NCBI GenBank assembly: GCA_051047955.1
Contig: JBPGPT010000053.1
Coordinates: forward strand, 62,001 to 82,917
Direction: 5' to 3'
DNA from: Cystobasidiomycetes sp. EMM_F5
Taxonomy: Eukaryota
Length of the DNA: 20,917 nucleotides
This document shows, one piece after another, positions 10,436 to 20,774 of the stretch (the first letter of the stretch is position 1; each line of letters begins with the position of its first letter). Below the pieces are notes generated by a model. It worked only from the letters and a program-made list of their open reading frames with translations. It had not been told where the DNA came from and ran no database searches. Both the position numbers and the translations under genes were made by a program.

Positions 10436-11375
10436 ATGTTCAAAAGCCGGGGGACAAAGTCGACGGCCTCCGCAAGTAGAGTCGTGCTGGTTCGGTGTCT
10501 CTATCGCAGGCTCTTCCGTGATTACTATGCGGGCATCAATGTCCATCTGTCCGGCGAAATGACCCAGATTGATCAAGCAATGTCGAGGGATGAGCTAATT
10601 GCCGTTTTCGGAAGAGAGGTGCTGCTTCCCGAATCCACCGAACCGCTCTTAAATCTCGCACGAGCCAATGTGACAGTTGAGCTCGGTCGTCGAGGCGGAG
10701 TCAAGCGTGTTCTGATACCCAACGTAAGTCCGCGTTACGTGATCTCCTCGGCGTTGTTGACACGATGCACTCGTTTAGACACCAGCCCGGTCTTCTCCTG
10801 CTCCATCCATCTACAATCAGATCATTTCAGGATCATCAACTCAGCTAGCACCACCACCGCCACTCGCCAGATTTCCAGTATCAGACAGCAATAATGCTGG
10901 CGCGGGCAGCCGACGATCTATTGAGGATATATATGGAACTGTTGCCGGAACTGTTACTGCACGACGACCGGTGGCGACGGGCGAGTCGCAGTCTACAACA
11001 GCCCGCACTGACGCTGGCAATCCCGATACGCCTCAACAGAATTTCTCTTATCCAGGCCGTACGAGGCCTGATGTACCCCGCAAACGATCTCAACCAGTGA
11101 GTGCACCTTCGGCTGTCAGGTACAGTAGTAGCTGACAAGGCAACATTGACATGCAGAGCTCTCAAAGTTCGCAGACTTCCTTAAACAGACGCTTTCAACT
11201 AAGTAAGTCGCAAGGCCAGAACAGTCGCAATCAGCCTCCAGCTACAGCCACCACTGCAAGTCGTAGTGTAGTAACTCTCACTACGCAGGGTGGATATCCA
11301 CAACAGCCATACGTCAACCCGGCGACGCAACGATACTACAGTACGAACCCGCCAGAAGGTTTCTTCCAGCGATGA
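10436..11375 (+). CDS. Orphan family member D, ~250-274 aa. Exons 10436-10723, 10779-11096, 11157-11375 (possible further intron from 11203)
   Basis: GTAAGT (10724) and GTGAGT (11097) donors sit at the same positions and phase as in C. The acceptor context gacatgcag|agctc is identical to C. Confidence 0.75.
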
Positions 11376-11676
11376 CGGCACGGCCGAACGCGCCTGATGG
11401 ACTCCTTGCGCATTGAGGTGAGCATATCTTAGTATGGCCGTCACTCCTAGCCCCGCTAGCAACGGAGACAGCATCTCAAGCGGGGGCGCAGTTCCTTTTA
11501 TCGACTGTTATTGTATTGTTCTTTACGTCTGCCTGTTAGTCCTCGCACACGAGACTCATTCGCTCTTGTTCGTTGAGTGCCTTGTCGTATTCGGCTATGC
11601 TTTCCGTGAATCCAGACCAACTTGACCTGCGATAAGAACTGCTCAAACTGCTGCAACGGGGTCTTGACTGCCCAAT

Positions 11677-12360
11677 ATGGGCTTCAAGCACCGCGTCTAC
11701 CTCGGGGGCAGCAAGATATATGCCTGCGCCGTGTGCAAGACGCACCTGGCCACTATCGAGACCATGATGAGCCGGGTGGGTCATATTCAGAGTATGGCAT
11801 CGATAAGTAGTCTTATCAGTCATAATCACAGCGCTTCAATGGCCAGCACGGCCAGGCATTCCTGTTTGAATCCGTGTCCAATGTCGTCGAGGCTGAAGCT
11901 GAAGACCGGCAAATGACGACGGGACTGCATCGCGTGCGAGATATCCAGTGCGCAAAGTGCGGAACGACAATGGGATGGAAGTATGTGAGTCCAAAGGCTG
12001 TCGGATTTATTCCTCTTTTTGCAAGACATGCCGCTGATTGTGATGCTATCTTATTCACAACAGGAGAAGGCATACGAACCATCTCAAAAATACAAGGAAG
12101 GGAAAGCTATCCTAGAGAAAGCGCTACTCGTCGAATGCACTCCGCCCGCGTTCGCCCTCCCGTCTTCATCTGGCATACAAGAGGATGGCTCGTCTGGCCA
12201 GGTCAGCCAGGTCATCAACGTCAACCTTGCCACTCCTCTACGAGGGCAAGCGAGTACACAGAGTATGGGAATAGCAAGGAGCGCAGACAGCGGTACGGCA
12301 GTCTCCGTAAGCCCATATACCGGCAGAGCAGTCAGTTCAGGAAGTGAAGAGTCAGAGTAG
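11677..12360 (+). CDS. MOH1: Yippee family zinc-binding protein (Moh1/YPEL), ~182 aa. Exons 11677-11775, 11832-11984, 12064-12360
   Basis: MGFKHRVYL, CAVC and CAKC zinc knuckles, FNGQHGQAFLF, RQMTTGLHRVRDI, GWKY|EKAYEPSQKYKEGK. Confidence 0.92.
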
Positions 12361-12801
12361 TGGGGTATTCATGGCGGTTCAGCGGGTTTATTTTACGGCT
12401 ATATCAAGCACTTATCTTTCCATGTAGCGTTCATCAAGACTGCTTTAGCTTTAAGGTTTCTGAAGTCATGCTCTTGTACATATAGTCAGGCCAAAGGTCG
12501 CTGCTCTCGATGTATCTGCGAATTGTCTAGTCTGACCTCGTTTCTTATCAGTGAAATTTCAGTACGTGCATAGAGAGGTAATTTTCATTGCCCAAGTTCT
12601 GCGAAGAGAAATGGGTTATCGGGTTCTCCAGAAACACCGCGATCGTATGCTAAAACCCATGCTGATGCTGTAATTTACACGAAAATAATTGTTGGCTGTA
12701 CGACAACATGACCTTTGCGGCTGGATAGGCCCAATGAGCGACTCAATACTTGAAGTCTGAAGAAGCGATGGGTTTGTGGTCGAACAGGTTTGAGCGGTAT
12801 G

Positions 12802-13987
12802 TTACGCAACGACGCTCACGGCCGGCATGGAGGGATCGGAAGACAGCTTGAGTGTCTCTGCGTAATGCAGCTCGCCTGAGTTCTCGTACTGCGAAAACAG
12901 CATCAGATGATTATCCGCCCGTTTTCCGCACAACGTCTCGACTCACATTGTACATATCGAGAGCAACTTCGCAGCTCTCCCTGACCACCCGCGGACCCTT
13001 AGTACTGAACTCTTTCAGTGTCGCAAGGACGTCCTCTGTAGCGATGCTACCCAACGCTTCCGCCGCTTCATGCCTGACCATCTCATCTTCCGCCTCGTTC
13101 TCCAGCACTTTGACAAGTGAAGGCACTGATGCAGGATGGCTCATCTGACCAAAGACGTAGGCAATCTCGTGTCGGAATAGAGCACTTCCATCTGAAAAGC
13201 CGTCCGCTAGTGCTAGGACTGATTCGTCGGTAGACATGTTTCGTAGTGCAAACATTGCCCGATACCGCGCAAACAGGCTTTGGTTTGCATCGAGGAGCTG
13301 TTCTCGTAGCGCGGTCACTGACATGGCCTTATCTGAGGAAGTGTTGTGCATTGAGACGATGGACGGAGCGGGATCGATGCTATCATAGGGTGAGCGTTGT
13401 TGCTGTGCAGGTTGCGATGACGAAGACGGAGATGATGAAGATGCTTGATGATCGAAGTGGATTTTAGCCAATGCAATCTCGCACGTCTCCTTTACTGAGA
13501 CATCTTCGCCTGCTCTGTTCAAGTATTCTTCGAGTATTGGTATGGAAGCGGGCGATGAGATGGCGCCCATAGCTTCTGCTGCCTGTATTCGAATAGGGAT
13601 GAGGTCATAGTTCCAGTAAAAGGTGTACAACAGCTGACCTCATGTCTGACCATCGGATGTTGAAGTTGGTCTCTCAGCACACCTTCGAGGTAGGGTAAGG
13701 CGTGGACATCGTTGATCTGGCCAAGGACATACGCCAGCTCGTGCCCCAGCAGAGCTGAAGAGTCGGAGAAGCCTGTCAAATAAGACAAAATCAGGCCACG
13801 GAGCATATCGTTATGTCAGAATGAACCCACCTTTGCCGATAATATCAATCGCGGCGCGAGTCTTCAGGTTCCTCAGGGTAAAGAGCGCGCGGAAACGTTT
13901 CGCCAGGGCTACGTTGCCATTTGTATTGAGCAGCGTCGCTTCGAGGTCTGCGTATTGCTCGGATGTCGCAGTCAATTGGCCCGGCAT
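12802..13987 (-). CDS. LIA1: Deoxyhypusine hydroxylase, ~337 aa. Exons 13987-13831, 13772-13639, 13582-12947, 12888-12802
   Basis: HEAT-like repeats with four iron-binding HE motifs ([31 protein letters not shown]), RFRALFTL / [21 protein letters not shown]. Confidence 0.95.
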
Positions 13988-14093
13988 AGTTTGTAGAACA
14001 GTCAGAGGTTCAGAGCAGCAGCAGCGTGTGTCTACAGCTTCACAGCAGTCAGGATATCGTTTCAGCGTTGTGCTCCGAGTTGGACGCAGCAAA

Positions 14094-14130
14094 GATGCAA
14101 AAATTTCATTGAAGTTTGGCAAGATTTTCA
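14094..14130. promoter_or_regulatory. RRPE-like element(s) in the 211-bp divergent LIA1/MRT4 promoter
   Basis: gatgcaaaaatttca (minus strand TGAAATTTTT, matching AAAWTTTT) plus near-match aagattttca, lying centrally between two ribosome-biogenesis-type genes. Confidence 0.45.
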
Positions 14131-14198
14131 GGTTGATACCGGGACAACTGAGTGCAGAGCTGGCGACACATCAGGACTGAATATACGGCACTTGAACG

Positions 14199-15113
14199 AT
14201 GCCTAGATCAAGTATGGCGCATTTCTCACAGACGGATGCTCGGAGACCCCGACTGAGACGACGTTTCAAATCAAACAGAGCGGCAGACGGTGGTTGCACT
14301 GACAAAGACTGAAAAGAAGACAAAGGAAGCCAAAGGGAATCTCTTGGACAAGGTGCGAAATGATACCGTGTGTCTGCGCGGTCTCAGCTGAGAATTTGGT
14401 CGGATTCCCAGGTCAAGCAGCATGCAGACGAATTCAAGTACATCTGGGTGTTTCACATCGAAAACATGCGGACAAAGTGTCTGCAGGAAGTGAGAGATCA
14501 CTGGAAGGGTTCAAAGTAGGTGTTGCAGGTCGGGCCGTCAACATTCCCATAGCTAATTTCTAATAAATCAGAATCATGCTAGGACGTAACGCCGTCATGC
14601 GGAAAGCGTTAGGAGCAACCGTGGAGGAAGAACACAAGCCAGGGTGCTCGGTCATTGCAAATCAGCTGGAAGGAGACGTCGGACTACTCTTCACTTCTGA
14701 GACACCGCAAGTCGTCCTCGAATGGTTCGAGTCGTACAAGGTGCCAGACTACGCCAGAGCTGGCAATCTAGCGACAGAAGATTTCGTCCTGCCAGAAGGT
14801 GCAGTGCAAATCGACGGGGAGAATGCGCCTCATTCGCTTGAGCCACAACTAAGAAAGCTGGGCTTGCCTACCCGGCTACTAAAGGGCATCCCTACACTTT
14901 CAGGCGAGCACAGAGTGTGCAAAGAAGGGCAAAAACTGTCTCCAGACCAAGCACATCTCCTCAAGTTGTTTCACCGGCAAATGGCGACAGTGTGTCGTTT
15001 TTTACCGGATGTGATGCTCGTCCCGCTAATGCTGTTATCTCGTTCAGTTCCAGATAGTGCCAAAGACTTGCGTGGATCTCGAGGAGGGCAAGGTTGTGCA
15101 CGGAGATGCGTAG
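14199..15113 (+). CDS. MRT4: Ribosome assembly factor Mrt4 (uL10/P0 paralog), ~224 aa. Exons 14199-14211, 14279-14352, 14412-14515, 14572-14989, 15048-15113
   Basis: MPRSKR..V.LTKTEKK, IWVFHIENMR, GRNAVMRKALG, GDVGLLFT, DYARAG, HSLEPQLRKLGLPT, VCKEGQKL. All four introns are canonical and frame-consistent. Confidence 0.95.
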
Positions 15114-15376
15114 TGTTTTTGCGTTCCGTTTACATAGCTGTAGGTTGTCATTTGCTAGCCATCTGCTTCATCGTCGGTTTCAGTGTCAGCCGTGTACCAG
15201 TTCTTTCTGATAGTTGTTGTCATTACTACGAATCTTGCAATACACCAGAGTGTCAGGTCTTAGTCTGGCATTTCTGCAGTCTCTTTCCAAAGTATTGCGC
15301 ATCATGCTTCTCCGCTTTCCAACCATGTAATATATGTTTCACTTCTGATTCTTGCACGACACTGTGCCCGCTCAGC

Positions 15377-16528
15377 ATGCCATCAGAGCGTTACGCTCGC
15401 TTGGACGAGCCTGCTATTCGATGGTTAGACCAGAGCGGTCGCTTTACTGTTGGGCCCATCAAAGAGCTCGACGGTGCGATATTCGAGTTTGAAGGCATCG
15501 AGCACCCGAATGGGAGACTGGCTGTCCAGATGCTCACCCAGTCTGGCATCGCAAAGACCACCTTCCAGTCGCTGCGGATACTGGACAATGGCTGTGGATC
15601 GGCCTCAATATCCTCGGCCATTCAGCAGGCCAGAGCAGCGCATACGACGTCGAAAGGGTCGTTGACACCTCCGTGGACAACGAGACCCTGCCAAATCGTC
15701 GCAGGAGTAAGCTCCACCGATATCCGGATATTCAGCAAGGAGGAACTGCAAGATACCGCAAAGCGGAGAGGCTGGGTGGATCAAACAATTGAGAATATTG
15801 ACATGCAGGTGGGCAAGCTCAAATTGGTCGATGCTCTGCCTGCTCACGCTAATCCAATCTTCCCTCAGTCGCTCAGGTTTCCTAGTAGGAGCTTCACCCA
15901 TGTCTTCACCAATCTATCATTACTATTCTGCCAAGACGACGACGCAGCTGTCAAAGGTATTTCTGACGTGACTGCATAGCGTCCAACCTGGTTCAGCTGA
16001 GCAAGGCACATTCGTCTCACTACAGAGGTGTTCCGGGTCCTCAAGCCCAGCGGTGTTGCTGCATTTTCTGCCTGGCAGGAGATGGGTTGGCAACCTAAGA
16101 AGGACGACAACGCCAACGCTATTTCGCAAGCTACTCTCGGAGACCCGTGCCTCCTCTTTCCATCGAGCGGCTGGCGGCATCCTACGTATGCCCAGAACAA
16201 GCTTCGCAAACACGGTTTCGACGATATCCGTATTACGCAGTGTGTAATGGACACGTATCCGATGGATATCCTGGGTACCGTCCGTGCATCCTTCAAGGAC
16301 GTCGTTTCTCGACTCGTCCGTCTATCGGTAAAGAAGCTCTGGAATGATGGAAACGGAGAGACTGACGGCAACGCAGATTTTGAAGACTTGGTGCAGCAGA
16401 TGGTCAGTTCTTACGAGGGCGTTGAGTTTGGAGGAGAGCTGTCGCTGTGGATCATTGTCGCGAAACGACCCCCGCAAGCCATGCCTGGCACACCGACGCG
16501 CGAACAGAGTGGATTCCGATGGTCCTGA
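15377..16528 (+). CDS. Class I SAM-dependent methyltransferase (UbiE/Methyltransf_11-like), ~340 aa, substrate unknown. Exons 15377-15808, 15869-15956, 16026-16528
   Basis: Motif I LRILDNGCGSA, DMQ|SLRFPSRSFTHVFTN and EVFRVLKPSGVAAFSAW. Confidence 0.85.
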
Positions 16529-17483
16529 CTTCGAGATACCGTATCACGACCTGTTACATCAATAGTACCAGACCGAGGTGTCCTTCCACGCTGTACAAGC
16601 TGCTGCAAGGCCGGCCGTGTAGTCGGTCCTTACGAAAGCCAAGACAGGCTGTGATGAGCCCAGGGACGATAGCGCAGTCCAGCGAGATGCCGAGAGCGTT
16701 GAAACGTTGACCGACGGGACGTGGATATGCCCTAAACGCAGTCTTCTTCCGGGAAGCTGGAAAGATCAGGAGCAGTCTTTAGCAGGAAGAGCGATGCGCA
16801 AGAGTCAAGGAGACTCCCTGTATGATTTAATTACGTGTAGCATAGCTTCTGTCGGTCTTTGCCAAAGGAATGTGTCTTTGTTTACCGTTGCTTCTCCGAT
16901 TGGCATTTGACTTTGCCGTTCTTCGTGGCAGCCATGCGAGATGCGACAGGTCAACGGTCATCGCACACGTCAACGAGGACAGCAAGCAGGCAAGAAGCAG
17001 CACCACAGAAGCTCTAACAGCATCGCATAGTGCTCGAGCAGGGCATCACGTCCGTCTTTTCAGCGTCGGAATCGGATGTCAGGATGGCAGCGTGGGTAGA
17101 GAAAGAACGGCGAAAATGAGGGAATTAAGAGCTGACGATGGATTTTACAATACTTGTAATCCGTATTACTACTCTGCCCGCTCAATGGATTCTGCTCGAT
17201 TTCGTGACTCTTTCCCGTCGTTGGATCCGATGCCTTCCTCCCGAACGACGGCTGAAACACGATGCAACTCCGACGATGCTTTGATGTAATTGCAATTCAT
17301 TCCCTTTTCACAGAAGCAGTGCTCCGGCACCGTCCGTAAGGCTGCCGTCGATAGGGCATCATGAGGTTGGACTGGCGCCCTTCCCGGAAGGCGTAGGTGT
17401 AGTGGAAGCTCTGATATATCTGGAATTGGGCTGAGAGTTCACTAACATCGTGGGTGTGTTACACGAATTGTCGCGTCTTGCAG

Positions 17484-19703
17484 GTTAATCCGCTCCGGAG
17501 AGGATCCCTCACCGATCCGTTGCTTCATGCTCATGCCAGAAACACTCCTTCACACCATGCGGCAGCTGCAGCCGCTCAGGGCCTTTCCGCAAGCAACTCA
17601 TCTCAAGGCTTCAGCAGTACTGCTCCAGCGTCGGATGTCTATTCCATCACAGGCGCTGTTCGGCCGACATCGGCAATGTCGATGGGAAGCTCTCCTGCCC
17701 AACAGCGGTCGACACTATTTCCACCTCAATACGATCAGCAACAGACTCGACACAGTAGCGTTACTGATGAAACGTCTACTCTGAATGATACAGGAACTGC
17801 AGCAAATTCGTCACCTGTTCTAGGCCAGTCCACAAGGAAACTTACGGTGAAAACTCCATTTCCCCCACAACAATCCCTGACCTTTCAGCCGCGTGCTCCG
17901 AGTCCTCTACATACCACTCAGCACTATCCTCCATCAAATGCAGCACCATACCCTGGCGGCCAAAACAGCCTAAAGCGCAAATCGCTAGCGGATTCGGGCG
18001 GGCAGGGTCCTGAGCAGCTCAAGCGGCATGCTCAGGTAACATCAGCGTCAATTGGACTTGGACAACCTTCCACCAGTACCGGACCGGGGCACGACAATGC
18101 GACTGCGGCGGCATTGGCAGCGCAGCAAGAACGGCGAAGAGCCAGTCTCGCATTGTCAGAGAGTGCTGCTGCCATGGAGAGGTACGAGGCAAGCGCTGCG
18201 GCTGCTGGATCATCTGTGTATGAGTATCCACGACGATCAAGTGGACCCCTCGGCAAAGGCCAATCTCCGCTGACGCAATCAGCATACTCCTTTCCTCCGC
18301 TCCCAACGTCCGCCGGAGGAGGCATACAACCTGTGGAAGATGATCCACGGGATAACCCTTCAGCGACACTCGCCGAATACACATTTGGACGCAACACAAT
18401 TCCCAACTCGGTACGGCCACCGATGCATGCCGATCCTCACGACCACCCTCAAGCTATGTACGCAACTAATCCGCGAATTGCATTACCTTACGAGCAAGAT
18501 CCTTCTGATGCACGTATGAGCCACACTATGCCTTCAGATTCGGCTCAGACTGCTCGAACGATATTCGGTGCATCCGTTCCAGCATACAGCTCGGAAGGCG
18601 AACGGGTGGGACTCACTTCATCAACGCATGGCGTTGATCGGACCAAGTTGCATCCAGCGCCAAAGGAGACTCCCTACTCTCGATCACCTGAACTGAAGGT
18701 ATCGCACAAGATTGCTGAAAGAAAACGGAGAAAGGAGATGAAGGAGCTGTTTGACGATCTCAGAGATTCCATACCGTCTGAGCGAGGTCTCAAGAGCTCA
18801 AAGTGGGAGATTCTGAGCAAGGCTATCGATTATGTCGCCGCCTTGACGGAAGATAGAAATCAGCTTGCACAAAACATTGCAGATCTGAACAGGCATATCG
18901 CTACTCTTGAGCATATTATACACAACAATCAACAGGCGTCGAGTTCTCTATCTCGGCCGGCATCACACGATCGTGCAGGAACAAGCGTTTCTCCTCGCAA
19001 TTACCATATGTCTGTCGCGCCCTCTGACAGATCGCAAATGGGTACACCAAGTATCCACCATGCTTCGATGTCGCCTTTTGCAGCTCCCTCTGTTGTAAAT
19101 GGGCATCGCTCAGACTTTTCTCCGCGCAGCACACAACATCCGTCGCCCATGTCCCAACACGTTCAACCAACTCAAAGTGACCAGTACGGGCAGCCTCAAG
19201 CATACAGCAACATAGCACCCGAGTTCCAACAAACACATTCACCCAGCCACCATCATCCCCGACCTCCACCTCTGTATCATAGTGGGTCCGCACCCGCCGC
19301 CTTGCCTCCTGACGGCTACCCACCACATCCCGGCCTGCATCAAAGCCATTCGGGAGGCTCAACCGCAAGCGCTCCTCCACACGTACATAGTCCGCACTTT
19401 ATGTATAGTCGTCCCGCCTCGATGCACTCCCATCGAAGCAACCCTTCCACACACTCTGTACAATCCCTGCGATCCCACCACTCTCATACCCAGTCCTTCC
19501 ACGACGGGTCGCAGCCATCAGAGAGCCCACTCATACATAGTCAAGCGATGCCGGCATCTGGCCCTATTCACCTCGACCAGAATGTGCAGATGCAGACGAT
19601 GGAGGACTACAGTCCTTACGCGCAACACATTGCACCTCCTCCGCAACAGCACCCTCACCAGATGCAGATGAATCCGGATCAGACTATCATGCCATATCAA
19701 TAA
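17484..19703 (+). CDS. bHLH transcription factor of the fungal Esc1/DevR type; main exon (upstream exon(s) unresolved)
   Basis: PYSRSPELKVSHKIAERKRRKEMKELFDDLRDSIPSERGLKSSKWEILSKAIDYV followed by a heptad zipper-like stretch, with long S/P/H/Q-rich disordered flanks. ACTAAC and ttgcAG acceptor at 17483. Confidence 0.88.
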   Translation, partial: VNPLRRGSLTDPLLHAHARNTPSHHAAAAAAQGLSASNSSQGFSSTAPASDVYSITGAVRPTSAMSMGSSPAQQRSTLFPPQYDQQQTRHSSVTDETSTLNDTGTAANSSPVLGQSTRKLTVKTPFPPQQSLTFQPRAPSPLHTTQHYPPSNAAPYPGGQNSLKRKSLADSGGQGPEQLKRHAQVTSASIGLGQPSTSTGPGHDNATAAALAAQQERRRASLALSESAAAMERYEASAAAAGSSVYEYPRRSSGPLGKGQSPLTQSAYSFPPLPTSAGGGIQPVEDDPRDNPSATLAEYTFGRNTIPNSVRPPMHADPHDHPQAMYATNPRIALPYEQDPSDARMSHTMPSDSAQTARTIFGASVPAYSSEGERVGLTSSTHGVDRTKLHPAPKETPYSRSPELKVSHKIAERKRRKEMKELFDDLRDSIPSERGLKSSKWEILSKAIDYVAALTEDRNQLAQNIADLNRHIATLEHIIHNNQQASSSLSRPASHDRAGTSVSPRNYHMSVAPSDRSQMGTPSIHHASMSPFAAPSVVNGHRSDFSPRSTQHPSPMSQHVQPTQSDQYGQPQAYSNIAPEFQQTHSPSHHHPRPPPLYHSGSAPAALPPDGYPPHPGLHQSHSGGSTASAPPHVHSPHFMYSRPASMHSHRSNPSTHSVQSLRSHHSHTQSFHDGSQPSESPLIHSQAMPASGPIHLDQNVQMQTMEDYSPYAQHIAPPPQQHPHQMQMNPDQTIMPYQ

Positions 19704-20105
19704 TGACCGGGGCAAATTTTCCACGAACGCTCTTTTTCGTAGATCGCCGCACATAATCCGCCCCAAGTCAGTCGCTTCTCTGCAGTGCCAAGGGCACGAT
19801 TCAAGTAGCGTTGTTAAGATATGTCGGAATATGCGTTATGAGCGCCGTGTTGTGCGATTGTGGGCGCCTCTTGATCGTGGAAAGTTTAGCCTTCAGAGGC
19901 ACCAGTTTTAAATTGAAAATTTTCCATTTCGCCCAAACATATCGATACTAGCATACAACGAGCATACATCCCTCCCGAATTGCTACCCATCGATGCTGGC
20001 ACGCCCATGCGGAAAAACTAAAATGAGAAAAGTAAATGTGCCTGAAGCTAACCAATTGAAAGTCGAAGTGCGTATTGATGTCATTCGGCACACCGCTCCA
20101 GGAAT

Positions 20106-20774
20106 TTAGTCCTCTTCCTGCTGATAGTCAGCAAAGATGGTTCTGACATACTCGGCCTCTTTCGGCTTTGGAGTAAAGTACGCGAGCACGCTGCTGAAGA
20201 GGGAAGGAGCGGATTGCTCTTCCCAGTGAGTAGGAACTTTAGCTGGTTTGGGCTTAACGTCGTTATAGACGCGCTGAAGCTTTGTAAATGCAGGGGACTG
20301 TATGACGGGAAAAGAAAGTGTGTGTGAGTGGACATGCAAGAAGGAAGAATAAAAGGGGAGGAAGAGGAGACATACAGTGCGAACATCACGAGTGAGGATA
20401 GGAGAGCACACAATAGCATCAGTGGCTTGGATAGTAACTTCAGTCTTGGTTGGAACCGAAGCTGCGAGTTCGCTCTGGAGGGAGGAAGGGTAGTCATAGG
20501 TATTCTGCCGAAAAGGGGAAGGATGAGGAGGTCAGTACATCAAGCAAGCGAGTGATAGAGGAGAGGAAGGGTAGCGAACCAGATAGCGAGACTCTGGGAA
20601 CGTAGAGTAAGACTCGGTGTTTGCATTCTTTGCATGCCACCTGTCTCGAGAGGAGGTCGAGCAGCCGGAGAGGGGGCTGCCGCTCGACGAGGGGTAGAAT
20701 GAGGAGGAGGAGTTGACGCAGGCAGTGCTGCTAATCGTCTTGCTGCTGGAGCTGTTGCTGAACATCATCATCAT
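20106..20774 (-). CDS. Hypothetical Ser-rich protein, ~171 aa. Exons 20774-20580, 20504-20376, 20297-20106
   Basis: Two phase-0 introns (75 nt with TACTGAC; 78 nt with GTATGT and pyrimidine tract) join ORFs 20532-20774 and 20106-20411 in frame. No recognisable domain. Confidence 0.55.

Noticed and set aside
1..15113. Apparent translation or quality-control cluster (SLH1, LIA1, MRT4)
   Set aside because: The genes are interspersed with unrelated ones; only the LIA1/MRT4 pair shows evidence of linkage.
19913..19923. TGAAAATTTT RRPE-like match
   Set aside because: It lies between convergent 3' ends in an AT-rich terminator zone.
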